From contig DFDW01000036.1 of assembly GCA_002369315.1 (NCBI GenBank), positions 12,928-76,927 on the forward strand: a DNA stretch of 64,000 bases, given 5' to 3'. Under the pieces are notes generated by a model. That model worked only from the letters and a program-made list of their open reading frames with translations. It was not told where the DNA came from and searched no databases. Origin of the DNA: Ruminococcaceae bacterium UBA3818 (GTDB taxonomy: Bacteria > Bacillota > Clostridia > Oscillospirales > Ruminococcaceae). Of the stretch, positions 56,599-64,000 are shown piece by piece (the first letter of the stretch is position 1; every line of letters begins with the position of its first letter). A program made the position numbers and the translations under genes.

Positions 56599-57315
56599 TT
56601 GGAATATCAACAGGTTTTGCCAGCTGTTTTTGTAAATCGTCCCAACCGATTTGTGGCAATCTGCACGCTGGAAGGAAAGCAGGTTGCTGCGCATGTAAAA
56701 AATACAGGCCGCTGCCGGGAGCTGCTGATCCCGGGCGCACCGGTGCTTTTGCAGTATCATCCGGAACCGGGGAGAAAGACGCAGTATACGCTTACCCATG
56801 TGCAAAAGGGAGAGCGGCTGGTACATATCGATTCCCAGGCGCCGAATCGTCTGGTGGAGGAGGCGCTGCGGCAGGGCAGGCTGACGCTGCCGGGATTGGG
56901 GACGCCGCAGCTGATACGCCCGGAGACTTTTTACGGTGAATCCCGTTTTGATTTTTATATGGAAGCCGGGGAAAAGAAGGCTTTTGCGGAAGTAAAAGGT
57001 GTAACGCTGGAGCAGGACGGATGGGCCAGGTTCCCTGACGCGCCTACCGAGCGGGGCGTAAAGCATTTAAAGCATCTTGCCTGTGCCGCGGCGCAAGGGT
57101 ATTTGTGCTACGCGATTTTTGTCATCCAAATGAGCGGGATCAAAGGCTTTTCGCCGAACTGGAGCACCCATCCCGCTTTTGGCGAGGCTTTGCTGCAGGC
57201 GAAAGACGCAGGGGTGATCCCGCTGGCATTTGAGACGCAAGTGCAGCCGCAGCGGGTCGAATTGGCCGGACCGGTAATGATCGATTATAGGAAAGGAAGA
57301 AAAGAACCATGCTGA
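56599..57315 (+). CDS. sfsA: Sugar fermentation stimulation protein A homolog
   Basis: (M)EYQQVLPAVFVNRPNRFVAICTLEGKQVAAHVKNTGRCRELL... TTG start behind AAGGAG. Confidence 0.8.
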   Translation: MEYQQVLPAVFVNRPNRFVAICTLEGKQVAAHVKNTGRCRELLIPGAPVLLQYHPEPGRKTQYTLTHVQKGERLVHIDSQAPNRLVEEALRQGRLTLPGLGTPQLIRPETFYGESRFDFYMEAGEKKAFAEVKGVTLEQDGWARFPDAPTERGVKHLKHLACAAAQGYLCYAIFVIQMSGIKGFSPNWSTHPAFGEALLQAKDAGVIPLAFETQVQPQRVELAGPVMIDYRKGRKEPC

Positions 57316-58154
57316 CCGATACCAAAAAAATGCTGAACAAAGCCAGGGACGGAGGATATGCCGTGGGCGCGTTCAACGCGGAAAACGCCGAAATGGTTTT
57401 TGCAATCATAGAGGCGGCGCAGAAATGCAAAGCGCCGGTCATCATCCAGACGACCCCATCTACGCTGCGCTATCTTCCGCCGGCGTGTTTTGCGGGTATT
57501 GTCGCCGCGGCGGCAAAAAACGCATCGGTGCCGGTAGCGCTCCATCTGGATCATGGGGACAGCCTGGAACTGGTGAAAGAATGCCTGGACGCGGGATATA
57601 CTTCGGTCATGTTCGACGGTTCCCGCCTGCCTTTCGACGAAAACGCCGACCTTACGGCCCAGGCGGTGCAGATGGCCCGGGCCTGCGGCGCCAGCTGCGA
57701 GGGGGAATTGGGCACTGTCGGCGGAAAAGAGGATTCTCTGGAAACGCAGGCAGGAGCGTATACCGATCCGGAACAGGCGGCTGTTTTTGCCGGCAGATCC
57801 GGCGTAGACAGCCTGGCGGTAGCGGTAGGGACTGCCCATGGCGTTTACCGTACGGCTCCAAAGCTGGATTTGGCCCGCATTCCGCTGATCCAGGCCGCGG
57901 CGAATCTGCCTCTGGTGCTGCACGGCGCCTCCGGCCTTGCGGATTCTGTCGTGCGGGACGCAGTGGCAAAGGGGATGGCCAAGGTCAATTTTGCAACCGA
58001 ATTGCGGCAGGCGTTTACCGAAGCGGTCCGCAAAGCTTTGGCGGATGACCCGCAGATGTTCGACCCCAAAAAATATCTGCTTCCGGGAAGACGGAGCGTG
58101 CAGAAGCTGGTGGAACAAAAGATTCAGGTCTGCGGCGCGGTTGGGCAGGCGTAA
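57309..58154 (+). CDS. Class II ketose-bisphosphate aldolase family protein
   Basis: GGYAVGAFNAENAEMV...APVIIQT...PVALHLDHG...SVMFDGS...LVLHGASG. Confidence 0.85.
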   Translation: MLTDTKKMLNKARDGGYAVGAFNAENAEMVFAIIEAAQKCKAPVIIQTTPSTLRYLPPACFAGIVAAAAKNASVPVALHLDHGDSLELVKECLDAGYTSVMFDGSRLPFDENADLTAQAVQMARACGASCEGELGTVGGKEDSLETQAGAYTDPEQAAVFAGRSGVDSLAVAVGTAHGVYRTAPKLDLARIPLIQAAANLPLVLHGASGLADSVVRDAVAKGMAKVNFATELRQAFTEAVRKALADDPQMFDPKKYLLPGRRSVQKLVEQKIQVCGAVGQA

Positions 58155-58291
58155 CGGTTTGCAAAAGAAAAAACAGCATTTCCAGAAAAGTTGACGTCGG
58201 ATTTTCTTTGTGCTATTTTATTTAAATAATAAAATAGCTGGAGATATAGCCATAAAAAGCAAATGATACCGATTCAGGAGGGAATTTTTGC

Positions 58292-59134
58292 ATGAACATC
58301 AAAATCACGGCAGACAGTACCTGTGATTTGTCGAAAGAACTGGTTGAAGAAAATGAAATCGAACTCCTTCCGCTGTATGTCGTCAAGGAAGGGGTATCCT
58401 ACCGGGACGGGTTGGAGATTGCGCCGCAGGATATTTTTGATTTTGTAGCGCAGGGAAACGAACCGTGCAAAACCGCGGCGGTCAGCGTGGCGGATTATGA
58501 GGATTGTTTTTCCCGCCTTTCTCCCCAGTACGATGCGGTGATTCATATCAATCTCAGCGCGGAGTTTTCCAGCTGCTATCAAAACGCCTGTCTGGCGGCG
58601 CAGCAGTTTTCCAATGTATATCCGGTGGATTCCCGCAACCTTTCCACCGGCAGCGGACATATCGTCATGGAAGCGGTGCGCCTGGCAAAGATGGGGCTGT
58701 CCGCGCCGGATATCGTTCGCCGGCTGCAGGATTTGACCAGCCGGGTGGAAGCGAGTTTTCTGATCGACAGTCTGGAATATCTGCACAAGGGAGGGCGCTG
58801 TTCCTCTTTGGCTGCGCTGGGGGCCAATCTGCTTCACCTGAAACCTTGCATTGAGGTAGTGGACGGGAAAATGAAGGTAGGCAAAAAATACCGCGGAACG
58901 TTTGAAAAATGTCTGCTTGCCTATGTGAAAGAGCGGTTGGACGGGCGGGATGATCTGGTGACCGATCGGATTTTTGTGACCCATACGCCCTGCGATGCCA
59001 AAACTGTGGAAGCGGTGAAAAAAAGTGTGAAGCAATACGGCGGATTTAGCCAAGTCACCGAAACGCAAGCGGGATGCACCATATCCAGCCATTGCGGGCC
59101 GAATACGCTGGGCGTGTTGTTTATTCGAAAGTAA
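58292..59134 (+). CDS. DegV-family fatty-acid-binding protein
   Basis: MNIKITADSTCDLSKELVEENEIELLPLYV...TAAVS...YLHKGGR. Confidence 0.85.
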   Translation: MNIKITADSTCDLSKELVEENEIELLPLYVVKEGVSYRDGLEIAPQDIFDFVAQGNEPCKTAAVSVADYEDCFSRLSPQYDAVIHINLSAEFSSCYQNACLAAQQFSNVYPVDSRNLSTGSGHIVMEAVRLAKMGLSAPDIVRRLQDLTSRVEASFLIDSLEYLHKGGRCSSLAALGANLLHLKPCIEVVDGKMKVGKKYRGTFEKCLLAYVKERLDGRDDLVTDRIFVTHTPCDAKTVEAVKKSVKQYGGFSQVTETQAGCTISSHCGPNTLGVLFIRK

Positions 59135-59146
59135 GGCGTGGAAACC

Positions 59147-59728
59147 ATGGATTTTTTAAAAAGCTTAAAATGGAACGCGGCGGCGATTTCCATCGGATCG
59201 GTGTTTTTGGGGATCGTTTTGGCAGGATGGCCCGCCATGGCCGCCCGAACGGTCTGCTATCTGCTGGCGGTGGTGTTGGCGCTCGGGGCTTTCAGCTATC
59301 TGCTCAGCTATCTCAGTGGGCGCAGGCACGGACTGCCGTCAGGGATGGATCTGGTAATCGGCCTGCTGCTGGTATTGGCGGCGGCTTTTGTAGCGGCCAG
59401 GGCGGACAGCGTCATCGGGCTGATACCGCTGGTGATAGGCGCGGTATTCGCTGTGAACGGGGCGGTAAAACTGCAGCGGTCGCTGGAACTCAAGCAGGTA
59501 GAATACCGCGGATGGGGCATTGTCATGCTTTATGCGGTTTTGACCATTGGCTTTGGCGTTGTGCTGTTATTTAACCCCTTTTCCGCAGCTACGGCCATGA
59601 TCCGGATTTTGGGAATCGGTTTTTTGGTCAGCGGCATTACCGACGTTGTAACAATGTGCAGCGTTTCCTGTCAGGTTCGAAAAAATATGCTGCCCGGCGT
59701 CAGCCGGTCGGACAAAGAGTTTGAATGA
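59147..59728 (+). CDS. HdeD/DUF308-family membrane protein
   Basis: Repeated GxxxG-rich TM helices (ISIGSVFLGIVLAGWP..., LLFNPFSAATAMIRILGIGFLVSGITD). ATG at 59147 preferred over GTG at 59138. Confidence 0.65.
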   Translation: MDFLKSLKWNAAAISIGSVFLGIVLAGWPAMAARTVCYLLAVVLALGAFSYLLSYLSGRRHGLPSGMDLVIGLLLVLAAAFVAARADSVIGLIPLVIGAVFAVNGAVKLQRSLELKQVEYRGWGIVMLYAVLTIGFGVVLLFNPFSAATAMIRILGIGFLVSGITDVVTMCSVSCQVRKNMLPGVSRSDKEFE

Positions 59729-59753
59729 AAGAGCGGAACGTCCGCTCTTTTTT
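59728..59753 (+). terminator. Terminator
   Basis: AAAGAGCGGA acg TCCGCTCTTTTTT. Confidence 0.8.
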
Positions 59754-60144
59754 CTTTGCTCCGGCCCATCCGCTCCGTAACGGATTGGTATCGCTGCGGC
59801 CGGCTTTGTTTGCTCCAAAGGAAAAGCAAAGTGCGGCGTGTTTTTCTTTTTTTCGATTGTGACAAAGTGATAGCATAGAAAGAAAATTTTTCTTTTTTTG
59901 TAGCAAAAAGAGAACATCCGGCGTTCTCCTTTACAAAGAGAGAAAACACAGATTTTAAAGGCGGCAGGAAAATGGAAGAACTGAAAAAATGGGTGATTTC
60001 GGTGCTACTATACTTATTTTAGCTTGCTAAATGTCCGAAAAAGGAAAACAGCACCCCAGTAAAAAAAGAGCCGGAACGGCTCTTTTTTGCATGAGGCGGT
60101 ATTTTTTGCTATGATGAAGAAAATAGAAAAAGGAAGTTGAGCGG

Positions 60145-60384
60145 ATGGAGCGCAAAAAACTGGTCCGGAGCATACTTGGGCAGGTGATGGGAATTGGGAT
60201 TGGCAGTTGGGTTGGAACCGTATCGGGCATTACGCTGTCCAATTGGAAGCGGGGAGAATTATCGGCGGCCGGATTCGGCTGGACCGTATTGGGATGCGGC
60301 ATTGGCAGCCTTTTGGTGTCGGCCGTTTTTTTCGCAGTCAAGCTGGCGGCACAGAAAAGAAAGGACCGGGAGGCCGGTTCATAA
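60145..60384 (+). CDS. Small two-TM membrane protein
   Basis: 79-aa ORF, GxxxG-rich helices, AAAGGAAG RBS. Confidence 0.5.
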   Translation: MERKKLVRSILGQVMGIGIGSWVGTVSGITLSNWKRGELSAAGFGWTVLGCGIGSLLVSAVFFAVKLAAQKRKDREAGS

Positions 60385-60402
60385 AAATCGGGAGGGAAAA
60401 GG

Positions 60403-60975
60403 ATGAGGCATGCTGGAACAGTCAGGCTGGAAACGCCGCGGTTGGTGCTGAGAAGGTTCCGGGAAGATGACGCGGCGCCCGCTTTCCGAAACTGGGAGAG
60501 CGATGAGAAAGTGACGGAATTTTTGCGCTGGTCCCCCTGCAAAACCCCGGAAGAGACTAGAAAAATTCTGCAAGACTGGATGATCAGTTACGCCAAAATG
60601 AATTTTTACCAGTGGGCGATCGTGTGTAAAGATGGGGCGGACGAGCCAATCGGAACCATCAGTGCGGTGGCTATTCACGAGAAAACTGCCGCAGTGGAAA
60701 TCGGCTATTGCATTGGGCGAAGATGGTGGGGGAAAGGGATTGTGACCGAGGCGTTCCGGCGGATTATCCCCTTTTTCTTTGAGCAGGTGGGGGTCAACCG
60801 AATCTGCGCTCAGCACGACCCGAACAACCCGGGCTCCGGGCGGGTCATGGCCAAGAGCGGTCTTCACTATGAGGGGGCTCTGCGGCAGGCGGACTACAAT
60901 AACCGGGGAATTGTGGATGCTGCGGTGTACAGCATTCTGGCGGAAGAATACCGGCCCGAAGATTATGACCGATAA
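60403..60975 (+). CDS. GNAT-family (RimJ/RimL-like) N-acetyltransferase
   Basis: LETPRLVLRRFREDDA...IGYCIGRRWWGKGIVTEA. Confidence 0.8.
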   Translation: MRHAGTVRLETPRLVLRRFREDDAAPAFRNWESDEKVTEFLRWSPCKTPEETRKILQDWMISYAKMNFYQWAIVCKDGADEPIGTISAVAIHEKTAAVEIGYCIGRRWWGKGIVTEAFRRIIPFFFEQVGVNRICAQHDPNNPGSGRVMAKSGLHYEGALRQADYNNRGIVDAAVYSILAEEYRPEDYDR

Positions 60976-61113
60976 GCCAAAACAAAAGAAAAGCGCGGTC
61001 TGCGGCCAAAATCAAAAGGAAATTTGGCGGGCAGGCTGTCGGACGGGATAAAAAACACCCCGGCCAGCACCCAGTGGATGCGGCCGGGGTATGTTTTCGA
61101 CAGATGGCGCAAA

Positions 61114-62211
61114 TCAGACGTTAAAGCGGAACAAAACCACATCGCCGTCCTGGAATACGTATTCCTTGCCTTCGGAGCGGACCAGGCCTTTCTCCTTGGC
61201 GGCAGCCATAGAGCCGCAGGCTTCCAGATCGTCGAAAGCCACAACTTCCGCCCGGATGAAGCCTTTTTCAAAGTCCGAGTGGATTTTGCCCGCCGCCTGA
61301 GGTGCTTTGGTCCCTTTTTTGATGGTCCAGGCGCGAACCTCCTGCTTGCCGGCGGTCAGATAGGAAATCAGGCCCAGCAGCTCGTATCCTTTTTGGATCA
61401 GACGGTCCAGACCGGAGGATTCCAACCCCAGCTCGTCGAGGAAAAGCTGTTTGTCCTCTTTGGACATATCGGCAATATCCTCTTCGATTTTGGCGCAGAT
61501 GGGCAGTACCAGCGAGCCTTCCGCCTCGGCGATCTCGCAGACCTGCCGGTAAAAGGGGTTTTCCTCCAAAGAGCCGAGAAAATCATCCTCGCTCAGGTTG
61601 GCCGCGTAAATGACCGGTTTGGCGGACAGAAGAGAGATGGAGGAGAGAATCTGCTCTTCCTCATCGCTGTTGGTTTGGAACGAGCGGGCGGATTTTCCCT
61701 GCTCCAGATGGGCTTTGAGCCGCTGCAGCAGTTCCACCTCTTCCAGGTATTTTTTATCGGCTTTGGCCGCTTTCTGCGCTTTGTCGATCCGGCGTTCCAA
61801 CACGTCGAGATCGGAGAAGATCAATTCCAGGTTGATGGTCTCAATATCCCGGGCCGGGCCGATTTCGCCGTCTACGTGGATGATTTCGGTGCTTTCGAAA
61901 CAGCGGACCACATGAATGATAGCGTCCACTTCCCGGATATGAGATAGGAATTTGTTCCCGAGCCCCTCGCCTTTGGAGGCGCCTTTGACCAGACCCGCGA
62001 TATCCACAAACTCGATGATGGCAGGGGTGTATTTGTCCGGATCGTACATTTTGGCCAGCACGTCCAGCCGCCGGTCCGGAACCGCCACTACGCCTACGTT
62101 AGGCTCAATGGTGCAGAACGGATAGTTGGCCGACTCGGCGCCGGCATTGGTAATAGCGTTGAAAAGGGTACTTTTACCCACATTGGGCAGACCCACGATA
62201 CCTAATTTCAT
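61114..62211 (-). CDS. ychF: Redox-regulated ribosome-binding ATPase YchF
   Basis: MKLGIVGLPNVGKSTLFNAIT...NYPFCTIEPNVG...C-terminal TGS-like FIRAEV. Confidence 0.92.
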   Translation of the reverse strand: MKLGIVGLPNVGKSTLFNAITNAGAESANYPFCTIEPNVGVVAVPDRRLDVLAKMYDPDKYTPAIIEFVDIAGLVKGASKGEGLGNKFLSHIREVDAIIHVVRCFESTEIIHVDGEIGPARDIETINLELIFSDLDVLERRIDKAQKAAKADKKYLEEVELLQRLKAHLEQGKSARSFQTNSDEEEQILSSISLLSAKPVIYAANLSEDDFLGSLEENPFYRQVCEIAEAEGSLVLPICAKIEEDIADMSKEDKQLFLDELGLESSGLDRLIQKGYELLGLISYLTAGKQEVRAWTIKKGTKAPQAAGKIHSDFEKGFIRAEVVAFDDLEACGSMAAAKEKGLVRSEGKEYVFQDGDVVLFRFNV

Positions 62212-62464
62212 CTTGACATTTCGTCCTTTCAAAACGTTGTATGGGTTCTTTTTTCGGCGGCGTATGCCTTTTTCCCGGAAAACCTCTATACAAACGGGTT
62301 TTTACAAACTATAATTATACATAGAAAAAGCGGCGGCGGCAAGAGCGTTTCAGAATATCTGCAAAAGGTTTATAAATTTGTAACCTTTCGCGCTTTTTTT
62401 CGGGTATAATGGTATTCAGAATGCGGCGTTCGGGCTTTGCCCGGACTGGCAAGGAGGTAACAAT

Positions 62465-63157
62465 ATGGCAATGGGAAAGGTCCTGGTTGCGGACGATGAT
62501 AAAAACATCTGCGAACTTTTGCGGCTTTATCTGGTGAAAGAAGGATTTCAGGTCGTTTTGGCCGGCGACGGGGAGGAAGCCCTTGCCCGTTTTTCGGCGG
62601 AAAATCCGGACATTATCCTCTTGGATGTGATGATGCCCAGGCTGGACGGATGGCAGGTCTGCCGGGAAATCCGTAAAAAATCGGAATGCCCGATTATTAT
62701 GATCACTGCCAAGGGCGAGACTTTCGACAAGGTGCTGGGTCTGGAACTGGGCGCCGACGACTATGTGGTAAAGCCTTTTGAAACCAAGGAGATCGTGGCC
62801 CGGATCAAAGCGGTACTGCGCCGGACCGGAAAGAGCGCCGCAGAAAACGACATCAAGGAAGTCAGCTACGATAAGCTGGTGGTCAACATGACCAAGTATG
62901 AGCTGAAAGTGGACGGAAAAGTGGTGGATACCCCGCCCAAGGAACTGGAACTTCTGTATCATCTGGCCAGCAATCCCAACCGCGTATACACCCGTGACCA
63001 ACTGTTGGACGAGGTGTGGGGGTTTGAGTATTATGGCGATTCCAGAACGGTAGACGTGCATGTAAAGCGCCTTCGCGAAAAGCTGGAGGGTGTTTCGGAC
63101 AAGTGGACCCTTAAAACAGTCTGGGGCGTTGGCTATAAATTTGAAGTAAAAGAGTAA
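62465..63157 (+). CDS. OmpR/PhoB-family response regulator
   Basis: VLVADDDKNICELL...IILLDVMMPRLDGW...ITAKG plus wHTH ...RTVDVHVKRLREKL...TVWGVGYKF. Confidence 0.9.
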   Translation: MAMGKVLVADDDKNICELLRLYLVKEGFQVVLAGDGEEALARFSAENPDIILLDVMMPRLDGWQVCREIRKKSECPIIMITAKGETFDKVLGLELGADDYVVKPFETKEIVARIKAVLRRTGKSAAENDIKEVSYDKLVVNMTKYELKVDGKVVDTPPKELELLYHLASNPNRVYTRDQLLDEVWGFEYYGDSRTVDVHVKRLREKLEGVSDKWTLKTVWGVGYKFEVKE

Positions 63158-63245
63158 TCTTTCACAGAAGGGCTTTTCCGCGGCAACCGGTGCCTTTTGG
63201 GTGCCGGCTGCCGCGGTTTTCTATTTCGGAAGGACGGATTGTTCG

Positions 63246-64000
63246 ATGCAGAAAAATTTATTTACCAAATATTTTACCATCTGTACCGGTATGATTTTGG
63301 CGAGCATCACGGTGCTGGGCGCTTTGCTGATGGGATTTGCGTCTCAATATTTTCGCAGCGACAAGCTGAAGGTGCTGGACCGGTATGTAAGCCAGGCGGC
63401 AGCTTTGACATTAACCGATTATCAAAAGAATAACTATCTGTATTTAGATGAAAAAACGTTAACTTCGGTCTATTCTGTATTGGCCGATGCGATTGAAGCG
63501 ACGATTTTCCTTTCTGATACCGAGGGGAACATTTTAATCTGCACAGACACGGACTTGTTTGTCACGGGGCAGAATACTGTGCCGGAAAGCATCCTGAAAC
63601 AGACGGTGAACGGAAGCTATCAGGAAACAGGACGGTTAGGCGGCGCGTATAAAAGCAAAAACTACACAGTAGCGCAGCCAATCGGGCTGCCTAACGGACC
63701 AATTACAGGATTTGTCTTTATATCCGCTTCCGCCAACAGCCTGAGTGTTTTTTTGGGCCAGCTTCTCAATCTGTTCCTGCTAAGCTCCCTGACGATGGTC
63801 GTCATCGCTTTTATTGTCATCTATTTTGTGACGGCTCGTATGGTAAAGCCGCTGCGGGACATGCTGGTTGCGACCCAGAGCTTTTCCCGGGGGGATTATA
63901 CGGCACGGATACAGGTCAACAGCAGCGACGAGATCGGCCAGCTGGCCAATGAGTTTAACTATATGGCGGAGGCTCTGGCACGCAATGAGGCGATGAACCG
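63246..64000 (+). CDS. Cognate sensor histidine kinase, 5' part only (runs off the window)
   Basis: TM1, extracytoplasmic region, TM2, then HAMP (VKPLRDMLVATQSFSRGDYTARIQVNSSDEIGQLANEFNYMAEAL). No stop before 64000. Confidence 0.8.
   Translation, partial: MQKNLFTKYFTICTGMILASITVLGALLMGFASQYFRSDKLKVLDRYVSQAAALTLTDYQKNNYLYLDEKTLTSVYSVLADAIEATIFLSDTEGNILICTDTDLFVTGQNTVPESILKQTVNGSYQETGRLGGAYKSKNYTVAQPIGLPNGPITGFVFISASANSLSVFLGQLLNLFLLSSLTMVVIAFIVIYFVTARMVKPLRDMLVATQSFSRGDYTARIQVNSSDEIGQLANEFNYMAEALARNEAMN

Noticed and set aside
41123-63061. Other long antisense ORFs (41123..42325, 42717..43877, 44717..45631, 48655..49902, 57285..58118, 58274..59092, 61024..61947, 62315..63061)
   Set aside because: Each lies opposite a gene with strong family motifs (LarA, SBP, ABC ATPase, AspA, aldolase, DegV, YchF, OmpR-type regulator). 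None has recognisable motifs of its own.

Overview
This is a 64-kb chromosomal segment from a GC-rich, spore-forming Firmicute. It looks Clostridia-like: it has a canonical spo0A with upstream 0A boxes, a T-box leader, and ECF/ABC uptake systems. Most of the window is ordinary metabolism and transport in short operons separated by clear rho-independent terminators. Four things stand out.

1. **NRPS operon (19.1-32.9 kb).** About 13.7 kb with no visible internal terminator. It encodes a bimodular NRPS ending in a thioester reductase (C-A-T-C-A-T-R), an acyl-AMP ligase, a free ACP and an Sfp-type PPTase. This predicts an N-acyl dipeptide aldehyde. A 7TM histidine kinase and a REC-HD-GYP (c-di-GMP phosphodiesterase type) response regulator sit in the middle of the operon. 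This is the best candidate for something new.
2. **Low-GC cassette (51.9-52.9 kb).** About 1.06 kb, AT-rich, bounded by 43-bp imperfect inverted repeats. It carries a membrane-protein gene with two paralogs elsewhere in the window, plus a GC-rich cluster of hairpins and direct repeats that looks like a structured RNA.
3. **Left edge.** An orphan tRNA-Met 3' half sits next to an 11-bp-phased GGCGCACA repeat, which suggests the end of an integrated element lying beyond the window start.
4. **Disrupted genes in the first 15 kb.** There are unusually many: a KdpE remnant, a gutted hybrid histidine kinase, a truncated PaaK-like ligase and frameshifted membrane genes. These are either real decay or homopolymer indel errors.

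Also present: an SPFH / zinc-ribbon / TPM membrane module; a T-box-controlled COG2984-type ABC importer; a MerR-type promoter with a 19-bp spacer; and luxS, msrA, aspA, ychF and sfsA. No CRISPR array, rRNA, intact tRNA, transposase or integrase gene was seen.

All calls come from reading the sequence and ORF translations by eye. No searches or folding programs were run.
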